From Eledone cirrhosa (taxonomy: Eukaryota): a DNA stretch of 64,000 bases. Below are positions 37,734 to 49,829 of this stretch, in pieces (position 1 is the first letter of the stretch; the number at the start of each line of letters is the position of its first letter). The notes beneath the pieces were generated by a model. The model was not told the DNA's origin. It saw only the letters and a list, made by a program, of their open reading frames with translations, and did no database searches. Where the stretch lies: the NCBI GenBank assembly GCA_964016885.1, contig OZ024741.1:283836001-283900000 (forward strand), given 5' to 3'. The position numbers and the translations under genes were made by a program.

Positions 37734-38214
37734 CTGAAAAATATAACACATTGAATCAATGGAAGAAAAACAATGTATGATCAATTTGTAGTGAAATCTG
37801 TCCATGCCTTGAACCTTGGGTGACACCTAAAAGTTAAATTCTAGGTCACCATCCTTTTTCGGCGGGGACAGGTTCATGCGTGGGCGATCCCTCGAGGCAG
37901 AGAGACAGAAAGCGACAGGTATATAAAGTCTATATTTTCCCACGTTTTACACAGAGAAATCGGAGCATTACACTAGCAAATAGCTATGTGAAAGATTCAC
38001 TGCTACCTACAGGCCTCTGAGGTTTACAGACAACTGCAGACCATTACTCGCTCTCTCTCCTGGTCTCAGACTACACCAGCCTCATGAACCAATAACAAAA
38101 TAACATCGTCAACCTTCACAACTCGTGGTAACTTGTTTATTGTTCTTTTTGACTGAAGTGAAGTAAACCTTTTTATATATAAAGTAAATCAGCTATTCTT
38201 GTTATTTCATCTAA

Positions 38215-38548
38215 TAGTGGTTAGAGCATTGGCCTTGCAATCGAAAGGTTGTGAGTTCAATTCTCAGACCGGGTGATGTGTTGTTTCCTTGAGCAAGACA
38301 CTTTATTTCACATTGCTCCAGTTTACTCAGCTGTAGAAATGAGGTGATAGGACTGGGGTCCCTATCATTCCACTGCAAAGTGGTCGTGGAGGTGTCATGG
38401 CAAAAAAGCACCCAGCACTCACTGTAAATGAGGTTGGTGTTAGGAAGAGCATCCAGCTGTAGAAATCAAGCCAGAATCAGTTTCCGTCCCACCCTTGCAA
38501 GCAGGGAAAAAGCGGACGTAAAATGAAATGATGATGATGAAATGATGA
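38215..38548 (+). mobile_element. tRNA-head CORE-like SINE with RTE-derived 3' tail
   Basis: A box GTGGTTAGAGC, B box GTTCAATTC, CCTTGAGCAAGACACTT core; tail matches 5300-5576. Confidence 0.75.
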
Positions 38549-38589
38549 ACTACAACCATGAACTACCCTTCGTTACAAATTCATACCTG

Positions 38590-39363
38590 AAATGTGGAGA
38601 CAGTTGACAAAGATAGGAAAAGTGACTTAAAAATTGAACCTGGAGCTCTTATTTTTGCAGCCCAGGAAAAGGCACTGACAACGAACTATATCAAGTTGAG
38701 TATTGACAAGTCAGTGAATTCCCCACTTTGTAGGTTGTGTGGTGAGAAAGGTGAAACAATAAACCACATAATTAGTTTGCTCAGAAAGAGAAGAGAAGGC
38801 ACAACAACATTGCCAGATTGGTTCACTGGAAGTTCTGTCATAAGTATGATATGAGCAGAAGTGAGAAATGGTATGAGCACCAACTGGAAAGGGTGCTGAA
38901 AACAAACAGTAGAAGATCTTGTGGGACATAACCATCCTGTGTGACTATTTTATTGTGGTTAGAGAGCCTGACATTGTTGTTGTAGAAAAGAAGAATAACA
39001 AGGCATGTATTGTGGATATTGCTTCGCCATGGGAACACAGGGTGAATGAGAAGGAAAGTGAGAAAGTTGAGAAATACCAGGAGCTGTAGAGAGAAATCAG
39101 GAAACTATGGAGAATCAGTAGAAGTGGTACTGATTGTCATTGGTGTACTGGGAGCAGTTAGTAAAAGGTTGGATGTATGGCTTGAGAAGCTAGGAATTAC
39201 CATCAGGACGGGATTGTTGCAGAAAACAGTCTTGCTAGGAACAGCAAGGATTCTAAGGAGGGTGTTGGAAAGTTGAAGGAGAAGAAATAACCCAAAGGAT
39301 CTTTAGCCATTGGCTATAGCTCGCTCTTTTAGGTATAACATCTGCCAGAACAAAAGCATTACG
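38590..39363 (+). mobile_element. Dong/R4 LINE 3' fragment
   Basis: IFAAQE, CRLCGEKGETINHI, VLIVIGVLGAV, LQKTVLLGTARILR; ends at (TAA)n. Confidence 0.85.
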
Positions 39364-39383
39364 AATAATAATAATAATAATAA

Positions 39384-41680
39384 CAATGCTTTTTTTATTA
39401 ACCACAAGGGTTTACACAAAGTAGACATTAAGGACAGTACAATACAGGATGGTACAAATGGGCATTTCTGCGTGTAAAAAAAACAAAAAACAGAGGATGT
39501 AACAAAAAAGAACAATGAAAAATTCCCCAATAGGGGGGAGACTTCCGAGGGCCATCGTGGAGAAAGCCCATTAAAAAAGCCACAGTGACCCTGACCACCA
39601 AGGCAAGTACCCTCTCCCAGTTTTCCACCTTCAATTTACAGGCATTCTTGCCTCTCTCACCCATCTTTCAACAAAAAGCTGGGAAGAGAGCACTTCCCTC
39701 TCTACCCTGATTTTCCTTTACAAATGAAATTTGAAAAAGTTAATCAGGGCATCACCGAAGAGGTAAGTGCTCGTCTTGAGCCCTCTCAGATGCGTCCACC
39801 ATACTATCTCTTTCGCCATGGCCACCAGACAGATAAAAACTGCCTGCCCTTCCCGGCTAAAGGAAGAGGGTGGGGCAATCCTCACGATGGACTCAGCTGA
39901 TAGCCGGATCCGTTCTACACGCAACAGCAGATGTTCAACATAAACCCACAAGTCAGCAATGCTCGGACACTGTATGAGTGCATGCAGGACGGTTTTGTTG
40001 CCCTGCGCGCATCTCGGACATGCCCGGCTGATGGCACTTCCATGCCTGTAGAGTTTATCCCGAACTGGCAAAGCTCCTCGGTAGCACTGCCAGGCCAGGG
40101 ATTTCTGGAAATTGTCCATGGGCCCCGGCCCAAAAGTTCTTCCGAAGAGAATGGCTAGTTGATTTTCGTCGATGCCTAGAGTTTCCCCAAGTACGTCGTC
40201 GCTCTTTCCCTCTACTAATCCTCTATAGAACGCTGAGGTGGAGTTTCCACTGATCACATTGCCCGACTGGTCGAGGGCTGTGAGCACCTGAAGACATTCC
40301 AGTCTCCAAGCGCTCCCTCTCGGTCTTTGCTTGACCCAGGACTGCAGCTCCGTCAAGGAAACGAGCTGGGTAAATACGTGTCTAGCAAACGGCGACCACA
40401 CCTGGTCACCGTCGAGGAAAAGGTGGAGATGTCGTAGCCTGAGCGTCTGTCTGCGCATCATCAGCTACGGCATGCCCAGCCCTCCACCTAGCGGGTGTTG
40501 ACAGCAGATGGACCGCCTGACCATCGGAGCACGTCTCTTCCACAAAAAGCGAAAGTGCAAACGCTCCAGCGCAGTCAGGCGAGGCTTAGGACAAGGTACG
40601 ACGGTCAGGCGGTAGTAGATGACAGACGCGATGTACGCATTCACCACCTCCTCTCGACCTTTCAGGGATAGCTTCCTCTCTGCCCATTTCTGGGTGAGAG
40701 AAGCCACTCTGCTCATCACCTCATCCTATTTTTTGTCCGTCTGGAGGTCCGGACCGAACCAGACCCCTAGCAATTTAACTGGTCCATCCATCCAGCACCC
40801 GACGACGCTGTTGGACAGCATGGACCTGCCTCTGCAGGTACCGAGCTGCAGGCCCACCGACTTTTCCTGGTTAATCATTGCTCCAGTCACCGCTTCGTAT
40901 TCTCTTAGTGTAATGCCGATCGCCTCGATATGTTTGGCGTTTGACACCACTACGGTGACATCGTCCGCATATGCTGACACGGATCTTCCGCATTCTAGTT
41001 CATGCGGAACCCCCCTCAACATCTCCAGTTTGTGCAGTAATGGCTCGAGAGTCAATACGTACAAGAGGGACGAGAGGGTACATCCTTGGCGGACCGAGCG
41101 CATGATGTTGAACGGTTCTGAAAGGTGACTGTTCACTCTCACCACAGAGCAGATGTCACTGTGCATGGCAGCAATCCAGCCTCTGAAGACAGGCCCAAAG
41201 CCAGCCGCCCTTAGGACTGCTGCCAGATAACGATGGTTGACCCTATCGAAAGCTTTCGACTGATCTAAATTGATCAAGGATCCACCCATGCCAGGTTCCC
41301 TAGCTACCCTTTCCACGATGTATCACATGAGGTGGAGTTTGTCGTGGATGGATCTGTTGGGAATTGCGCATGTCTGCGCCTCTCCCACCAGACCACCAAC
41401 GACAAGCGCCAACCTCTTTGCTAGCACCTTGGCCCAAATCTTGAACTCTGCGTTTAGCAGAGTTATGGGCCTGAAATTATCTATGCTATCCCCCTTGTTC
41501 GGATCCTTTCTCAGCAACGCCACCGCTCCTTGGCTCACAGAGCTGGGAATTCTCCCGTTCTGTTGCCAGTTGCACGCACCCTAGCTCTGACAACGCAGCC
41601 TTCGTGCTTTGCATTGGGGCCAATTTCGCCGCAAGTACGTCGGTCGCGATGCCTTTGCTAAGCGCCTCATCTAATTTTCT
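39384..41680 (-). mobile_element. Tx1/L1-clade LINE, same family as 26064-29046, internally deleted
   Basis: RT motifs LDQSKAFDRV, SVRQGC, SAYADD; matching 3' UTR; (AAT)n at both ends. Confidence 0.9.
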
Positions 41681-41699
41681 TAATAATAATAATAATAAA

Positions 41700-41850
41700 A
41701 ATAATGTTTCTACTTTTGGCACAAAGCCAGCAATTATCCCAGTGCATTACTGGTGCTTTATTTTATCGACCCCATAAAGATGAAAGGCAAAGTTAACCTC
41801 AGCAGGATTTGAACCCGACTCTCTATCAATACTGCCAATCCACCAAATAA
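41700..41850 (-). mobile_element. Nin-domain SINE fragment
   Basis: Matches 46081 family. Confidence 0.7.
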
Positions 41851-41939
41851 TAATGATAATAAAAACAACAACAGCCAAATGCTCTGTGCTCAATATGAAA
41901 AGAGGGAAAAAAATAGTCTGTAATGGATTAATGCTGCCA

Positions 41940-42360
41940 TAGGGGAACCGGAAGATAGTTGATACAAGTATTTGGGGATTTTAGTACTGGGTGACATTTT
42001 ACATGCAAAAATAAAAGACAAGTTTAGAGAGATATTTAAAATGAGTAAAAATGATTTAAAAGTCAAATCTGAATGCAAAGAATCTAGTCACTATAATGAA
42101 TATTTGGGCAGTTGCAGTAGTTAGATATAATGTGTCCATTCTCAGATGGACTGAAAAATAAATAGCAAAGTTGGATAGAAAGATGATATTGTATGGAGCT
42201 GTACACCCTAAAGCAAATATAAATAGATTGTACATGAAAAGAATGGTGGTAGAGGCTCATCTATGTGGATTATTGTATAAGGAGTGAAAGGAGAACACTT
42301 GCAGAATATTTGGTAAACAGTGACAAAGAGTTATTGCAATATGCAGCAGGATTATACATG
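41940..42360 (+). mobile_element. Degenerate Dong/R4 RT fragment
   Basis: YKYLGI, NIWAVAVVRY, HPKANINRLYMKR..GRG. Confidence 0.65.
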
Positions 42361-42709
42361 TAACACCTGCACTTTGTTATTATATATACATAAATATTGA
42401 AATTATAGTGAGGTCTGATACTTGGTTGACGAGAGGGGACTAGTGACATGTTTGTCACATGTGCCTTTATTTTGATGTGTATGTGCGTGTGTTAGTGTGT
42501 ATGAGTGAGTGTGTGTGCCTGTGTCTATGTTTATGTCCTGTAACGAAATAGTTTGACAAAAAGAAAACAGTAGAAAAACACAAAACTTGAAAAAATAAGT
42601 ACACATCTATATCTATTGATATTTCTCTGGCGTTGGTGAAATGTAATCAAATAAATCAAGCTGGTACATCAGTATAACTGCAGTCTAACAATCAAAAACT
42701 GATACTTAC

Positions 42710-42871
42710 CCACAGTAACATTTTCTCCATACAGACTTATTCTACATTGGCTATCATCACTTATCATTTTCACAAACTTTCCCACAATCTGTGAATAACA
42801 GTCGACATCATTACCATCTGAGACAAACGAGGCACACTCCTTCATTGTTGAGTTATAACCAATTTGAACAT
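42710..42871 (-). CDS. Module 3 exon A (162 nt): DVQIGYNSTMKECASFVSDGNDVDCYSQIVGKFVKMISDDSQCRISLYGENVTV
   Basis: Canonical splice sites, open frame, conserved Cys; not in the ORF track. Confidence 0.88.
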
Positions 42872-42911
42872 CTGTTGAAAAAAATATTGAATGATATTGA
42901 TGAAAGCTTTG

Positions 42912-43800
42912 GTTGTTATTGTGAGGGTAGTGGGGAGAGAGGAAATGTTATTGTGGGGGTAGTGGTGAGAGAGGAGATGTTATTGTGAGGTAGTGGTGAG
43001 AGAGATGTTATTGTGAGGTAGTGGTGAGAGAGGAGATGTTATTGTGAGGGTAGTGGGGAGAGAGGAAATGTTATTGTGGGGGTAGTGGTGAGAGAGGAGA
43101 TGTTATTGTGAGGTAGTGGTGAGAGAGAAGGTGTTATTGTGGGGGTAGTGGGGAGAGAGAAGATGTTATTGTGGGGGTAGTGGTGAGAGAGGAGATGTTA
43201 TTGTGGAGGTAGTGGTGAGAGAGAAGATGTTATTGTGAGGTAGTGGTGAGAGAGGAGATGTTATTGTGAGGGTAGTGGGGAGAGAGAAGATGTTATTGTG
43301 GGGGTAGGGGTGAGAGAGGAGATGTTATTGTGGGGTAGTGGTGAGAGAGAAGATGTCATTGTGAGGTAGTGGGGAGAGAGAGGATGTTTTGAGGGTTGTG
43401 GGTAGAGAGAGGATGTTGTTGATGTGAGGTAGTGGTAACAGAGAGAGGGTGCTATTGTGTAGTAATGGTAACAGAGGGATAGGGAGAGGATGCTGTTGTG
43501 AGGATAGTCATGACAGAGAGAGGGGGGAGAGGATGTTGTGAGGTGATGGTGAGAGAGAGAGAGAGAAGCAGAGTATTTAGTTGTGAGGTAGTGGTAACAG
43601 AGACATGGGTTGTTGGTGTGAAGTAGTTGTAACAGAGAGAGAGGGGGTGTTGTTGTGAGGTCATGGTAACAAAGAGAGGGAGGGTGTTTTTGTGAGGTAG
43701 TGGTAAAAGAGAGAAAGAGAGGTTGTTGTGAGGTAGTGGTAAAAGAGAGAAAGAGAGGTTGTTGTGAGGTAAAGGTAACAGAGAAAGGGAGGAGTAGTTT
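42912..43800. repeat. Diverged short (~33-bp unit) version of the intronic satellite in module 3
   Basis: GATGTTATTGTGAGGTAGTGGTGAGAGAGGA-type units at the homologous position. Confidence 0.9.
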
Positions 43801-44844
43801 CAGTGGTTATTATGGATCCTCCATTGATTTTGACAAAGAATGTTCTAGATGTTTGATCGATGAAACCACCTATTTGTGAAACTAACATGTAAGTGGCTGA
43901 GTATTCCACTACCATATGAACCTTTCTCATAATTATCAGGGAGAATTACTGTGACACAGTGTGTAACATAGATAGATCAATTACAGGTACAGTCCATCTG
44001 ACTAACTTCCAAATAATTTCCTTTTATCCAATTTTGCTAATAGACTTGGCTGAAGGTGAAGCTATTGTAAATGATATTTGTCTAAGATACCATACAGTGA
44101 AATTCATCATCATCATCGTTTAACATCTATTTCCCATGCTAGCATGGGTAGGACGGGTTGACCCTTTGGGAGAGAATCAGGTCAGAGGACTGATATATGC
44201 CATAGCTCAAGCATATGGGAGGGTGGGTCTTCTGTAGTACTGCATAGTACTAGAGGTTGCAGCCCTGTGTCCTGTGAACTCAGAATGGAGAAGCCAGCTT
44301 CTTAACCTCTCAACAATACTTTGGGTTCACTCATAGTAATAATGGTACTTTTAGTTGTCATAGTTGTTATGATGATACTATTCGTTATAAGAGTAGGTAT
44401 GATGATGTGTTGGTTGTAATAGTAGTTGCAATGGTGCTAATGTTTGTAATAATATTTGTAACAAAGCTAGTAGTTGTAATTGTATTTATGACTATGTTAG
44501 TGGTAGAAACAGAAGTTATGAGAGTAATAGTGATTGTAATAATAGTTATAATGATGATAATATATAATAGTAATTATGATGATGATGCTTTAATAGAAGT
44601 GATAATAATGTTAATGGCTGTAATATTTGTTATGACAACACTCGTGGCAGTAATTGTAGTTATAAAGTTGTTTGTGATAATAATTATAACAGTGCTAGTG
44701 ATTATAATAGTTATATGATGTGATAGTGTTTATGATAATTCTAGTATTTGTAATAGTAGTTATGACAGTATTAACTGTTGTAATATTAGTTAGTAACACG
44801 GAGGCTACTGTAATAGATCTTGCGAGGTTATTAATGGTTATAAT

Positions 44845-45863
44845 AACTAGCAGAAAAACTACCCTCCAGACTATTTTCTGCTAGCATGTGTAGTGTGCGT
44901 ATTGATATTATATGCAAATATATATGCATGTAGATATGATACGTCAAATAAAAATTAAATTGAGAATATGCACAGAAATTAAAGAGAGACTGTATTACAC
45001 CCTCTTCTGTAATCAGTAAAGTAATCCATGATACATTAAAAGAAGATATCTTATATAAACTGCATTACGGCAAAATGTTAGGAAAATGGAAAAGTAGAAA
45101 AAAGGGATTAGCAACAGAAATATAAACATTATGATAGAACGAGGCGAATATAGCGTACAGTGAAATGTTGTGATATAACGGACACTCCTTGTGATATTGT
45201 TATCTTTTGCTCTGGTAGTGGTTCGTTTGTCCACTCACTTTTGCTTGCCTTTTGTTGTATGTGGTCCTAGATGTATACTTGCTTGTGTGTTTTATTATGT
45301 TTTCCTTTCTCTTTTCTTTTTTTTTGTTTGTAAAACAATAAAATAAAACTACATTTGTAACAGTATTTACACAACTGTAAATAAAATCGTAATTGACAAT
45401 ATGCACAGAAATTGAACAAAGACTGTTACACTTTCTTCTGCAATCAGTAAAGTAATCCATGATACATTTGAAAAAGATGATATTATATTTAAACAGTATT
45501 ATGGTGAAATGTTATGTTATTTAAATGGCATTACAGTGAAATGTTATGTTATTTAAATGGCATTATGGTGAAATGTTATGAAAATGGAAAAGGAGAAAAT
45601 GAGATTTAAATGTTATGATAGAAGGAATGCTAACAGAAGTGTTGTCATTTGAAAATTTTAAAAGAAGTGAATCTTGAAATAAGCAATACATTTTATATAT
45701 AAGAATATTTATGTTTAATCAAGAGCTATGAAATTTAGTACATAAATATTCATTCATGCTTTATTCAAAGTAATCCAATTTATTTTAATAACGTGTTAAA
45801 AAAAAAAATAAAATAAATAAAAAGGTCACAGTCTCGTAGTTCACCATTTATTATATTTTAGAT
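44845..45863. mobile_element. Probable Helitron/Helentron-like non-autonomous insertion with internal ~200-bp direct repeat
   Basis: Interrupts the 30-bp repeat; begins ACTAGCAG, ends TTATATTTTAGAT; repeats at about 44945-45140 and 45375-45620. Confidence 0.45.
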
Positions 45864-46080
45864 AGTTGTGATGGTGCTAAGGTTTGTAATAATATTTATA
45901 ACAAAGCTAGTAGTTGTAATAGTATTTATGACAAATCTAGGGGTTATAATAGTAGTTAAGACAATGCTAATGTTTTTATTACTAGTTATGATAAAGCTAT
46001 TAGTTGTAATAGTAGTTATGATGATACTTCTATTATTGGTTATGGATATACTTACAGCCTGTCATTAATTAAGAAGATAC

Positions 46081-46270
46081 TAAGGGCGGTGGATTGGCAG
46101 TATCGGTAGAGGGTCGGACGCCATGCTTTCCAGCATAGTTACGTCCCTTTACGATCTGAGTTCAACTCCCGCCGAGGTTGACTTTGCCTTTCATCATTAC
46201 GGGGTCGATAAAATAAAGTACCAGTAATGCACTGGGTAATTGCTGGCCTTGTGCCTAAAGTAGAAACAAT
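46081..46270 (+). mobile_element. Full-length tRNA-derived Nin-domain SINE with ~19-bp TSD
   Basis: A/B boxes, GTTGACTTTGCCTTTCATC...GGTCGATAAAATAAAGTACC; flanking ATTAATTAAGAAGATACTA duplication. Confidence 0.85.
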
Positions 46271-46492
46271 TAATTAAGAAGATACTAGTTGTCATATTAG
46301 TTATGACAATGTTAATGTTTGTTATGTTAGTTATAATGAGGTTGGTGGCTGTAATAGTAGTTATGTAGTTATAATGATTCTAGTGTTTATAATAGTATAA
46401 ATTATGAGGATACTGGTTGTTGTGTTAATAGTTATGATTATGTTGGTGAATATTATTGTAGTTATTTGGGTACTAATGGCCTTGTTATAATG

Positions 46493-46935
46493 ATAATAAT
46501 AATGAAAATTATTGTGTACAGGTGCATTACAACTCATCAAAGGTACATGTATAGTACATAGAATAATGTACAAATGTCAGGAAAGTGAACAGTGTATGAG
46601 TCATGATATACACACAGATAAATGTGTGCATGTGTATTGAGGGGGAATATCAGGTGTAGTTTTGGTGAATTTCAGGAAGCATTGAAGTTTTGAAGGATGC
46701 AGTGTCCCAACAGCTAACAACTGATGCAGGTAGTTTGTTCCAGGGTTCAGCAACTCTGAGTGTGAAAAAATGTTTCCAAAAGTCATGGGAGCTGTGCTGT
46801 TTTCTGATTTTGTAAGCATGTTCACGGGTGTTAGACACATGGAATTCAAAAAGGTGTTCAGGGTTGTTGTTGGCAAGATGGTTAATTATTTTGTGGGTGT
46901 CTACAAAGTCAGTTGCCAGACATCGGACCTTTTTC
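46493..46935 (-). mobile_element. CR1/L2-group LINE 3' fragment, same family as 5833-7250
   Basis: Colinear with about 5835-6270. Confidence 0.88.
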
Positions 46936-48368
46936 AGAATGGTAGTGGTTATAATAATAATTACGATGAGGCTGGGGGCTGTAATAGTAGTTATGATGGT
47001 GCAAGTTATGATAGTATTTGCAATGGTGCTGATATCTGTAATAATATTTATGGCAATGCTACTGGTTGCAATAGCAGTTATGACAATGCTGATGGTTGTA
47101 ATAGTAGTTATGAGGGTGGATGAGGTGGTAATAGTAATTACAACGATGTTAGTGGTTCTTATGTTTGTTCTGACAATGCAAGAGGCTGTAATAAAAATTA
47201 TGATGATATTAGTGTTTGTAAAAGTGTTTATCATGATGCTAGTGATTGTAATAGTAGTTATAGAGATACTGGAATTTGTTATAGCAGATATAGCATTGCT
47301 AGTAGTTCTAATAGTAGTTATGACAGTGCTAGTGGTTGTAAAAGTTATTCTGGAGGAGGCTGTAATATTAGTCATGACAATGCTAGTGATTGCAATAACT
47401 CTTATGATGATGGTAGTGGCAGTAAGCGTAGCAAAGTTTGTTTTGGTATTTTTGCCGCATAGTCAGCAGAATAATTAGATCCCCTATATTTATCAGGGCC
47501 TCTGAGATTGCTAAGAGGCAGGTAAAATGTTAATCTTAGACAGTAAGACCTGGTCTGAATATTTGGAACTATGGACTGTCCTAACAGCATCCATGAAGCC
47601 AGGAGATGGATTAAGTCACCACTAAACAACAGGATCATCCACCAACTCTGCTGAGCTCCCTACCACATAAATATTTCTTTCTTCCATTTATGATCTGGAA
47701 ACATGATTTGCTGAGGATGTCTATCAAGTTGTGACCTCATTATCAGATAGCTGGCCTTGTCAATTGGTGATATTTCAATACCTAAGTTGAATTTGAACCC
47801 AGATTGCAAAGTTCCAAAACAGATCCTGCAAGGCATCACACCCAACACTTAATAATTCTGCCAATCTGTCATCTTGAACTGGTAATTTATTTTATCAGCC
47901 ATGAAATCATGAAAGTCAAAGTTGACCTTGGAGGGATTTGAACTCAGAGCACAGAGAGCCAGAACAAATACCACAAGATCTTCTGTCTGATGTTATAATG
48001 ACTCCACCAATTCATAGAATATTGTATATTTATCAAGAGACATGATTTCCTCCTCACACATACTTTTTACACTTTAACCATTTCATTACCATATTTCTTA
48101 TGAAAGACATTGACTATGATGTTGAAATAATTTTGAAACTAATCAATTATTTGGATAGAATTGGTAATATAACTTTTTCATTATTAAGCTGGTATTTGGA
48201 ATATAATTTAAGAAAGGTTTATACATACAGTGGCAGCTTTTAGATTGATATAAACACTTTTAAATAAAGTTTTGTATCATAAGAACCGGGAGTAGTTTTA
48301 GGTAGTTTGGTTAAGTAAAGGTTAAGTAAATATGCCAAAACTATTTGATGAACTAAAGAAAAACTTAC

Positions 48369-48440
48369 CAATGGTTTTCCCAAAACACTCAGTTGAAGGA
48401 CGAACATAAACCACACGAAAAAGTTTATTAAGTTCATACA
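48369..48440 (-). CDS. Module 3 exon B (72 nt): VYELNKLFRVVYVRPSTECFGKTI
   Basis: ttttcctttctttcag acceptor, G|GTAAGT donor, open. Confidence 0.85.
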
Positions 48441-49254
48441 CTGAAAGAAAGGAAAATAGACTGGTGATTAGTTGCTAACATGATTAATGTTGTGAAACAA
48501 GAGGTTTTAATTAATTAAAAGTGAAATAACTCATCAAATAACAATAATAACAGTCTTGAAGATAAACTCTAGTCAAGAAAGGCATGAGAGACAACTCTGT
48601 CTTTTCATTTAATTAAAATTACAGAAAAATAGATTGCAATAGAAACAGGGGCCATTATCTAATCTTTGGTTGTTTAGTGATAATCTTGAATATGTTTCTT
48701 TATTATCAGACCCCTTCAGCAATGCATAGCCTAGCAAGGGTTGCCGGATGTTAAGATGAAATACAGATATATATATATTCTAAGTGAGTAAAGTTCAGCC
48801 CTGTCAGATTACTTCCTTGGTTTAGTTAATCATATTTGTGCCTGTACGTATTTTTCAAGTTTCATACTAATTTCATCAATGTCTCCTTTGTCAAGTTATG
48901 GAACATAAACATAGGCAAACACAAATGTAGACACAGACACACATCCAAACACACATATATTAATGTATATATAATAGGCTTCTGCAGATTCTCTTTACTA
49001 AAATCCACTTGCAAGTTATTGGTTAATCCGAGGCTGTAGACACTTGCCTACAGTCCTACACAGTGGGATTCAACCCAGAATCAACTTGTTTTTTCGTAAA
49101 TACATAAGACAGTTAAAATTAATCAAGTGTTTCATTCTGGTTGACACATGAGTCTAAGCAATGCAGCAAAATTATACAAAATGCTACCCACAATCACCTG
49201 TATTTATGCTAACGCGGCTACCAACAAAGAAAAGAAATAGACAGTGACACTCAC

Positions 49255-49299
49255 CTAGTTCATATCTTCTATAACTAGTTTGACTTTGGAATAAATTAT
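49255..49299 (-). CDS. Module 3 exon C (45 nt): DNLFQSQTSYRRYEL
   Basis: ttttcag acceptor, TAG|GTGAGT donor, phase 1-1, open. Confidence 0.8.
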   Translation of the reverse strand: MIYSKVKLVIEDMN

Positions 49300-49319
49300 C
49301 TGAAAATTACAACAACAAT

Positions 49320-49470
49320 AATAATAGTAATAATTTCTGATTTGGGCACAAGGCCAGCAATTTTAGGTGAGGGGAAAGTCGATTAAATCAACCCAGTGTA
49401 TTACTGATGCTTTATTTTATCGACCTTGTAAGTATGAAAGGCAAAGCTCACCTTGGCAGGATTTGAACAA
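49320..49470 (-). mobile_element. Nin-domain SINE 3' fragment in the AAT tract upstream of exon C3
   Basis: TTTATTTTATCGACC...GAAAGGCAAAG...GGATTTGAAC. Confidence 0.7.
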
Positions 49471-49829
49471 TAATATCAATAATAATATGATAACAAAAAA
49501 AAAAACAGCCAAGGAAATCAAACAATTACAATGATGCCCATGCCACCACAACCATGACTATCGCAACCATAGAAGCATTTGAAAGAAGTAACAATTTAAA
49601 AAATGATAATAAAGATTTCATCATTAGCCACACAGGACTCACATTAAGAAAACATTAAAGACGGCACTAAGATCTTTAATTGGGATAATGATAAATGTCA
49701 CATAAATTGCCCCAATCAAGTGATGGTGTCACGTTAAAAACACTGGTGTTAGTGCAACATTAAATTCAATAATCTTCTTTATGAGTGTTGAAATATGAAA
49801 CCTAAATAGTTCAAATAATGGTGAAAAGG

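Noticed and set aside
37787-38210. Possible solo LTR (starts TGTAGT, TATA-like motif)
   Set aside because: No clear CA terminus, TSD or second copy
38215-38275. tRNA gene
   Set aside because: A/B boxes belong to a SINE head followed by CORE-like body; no full cloverleaf
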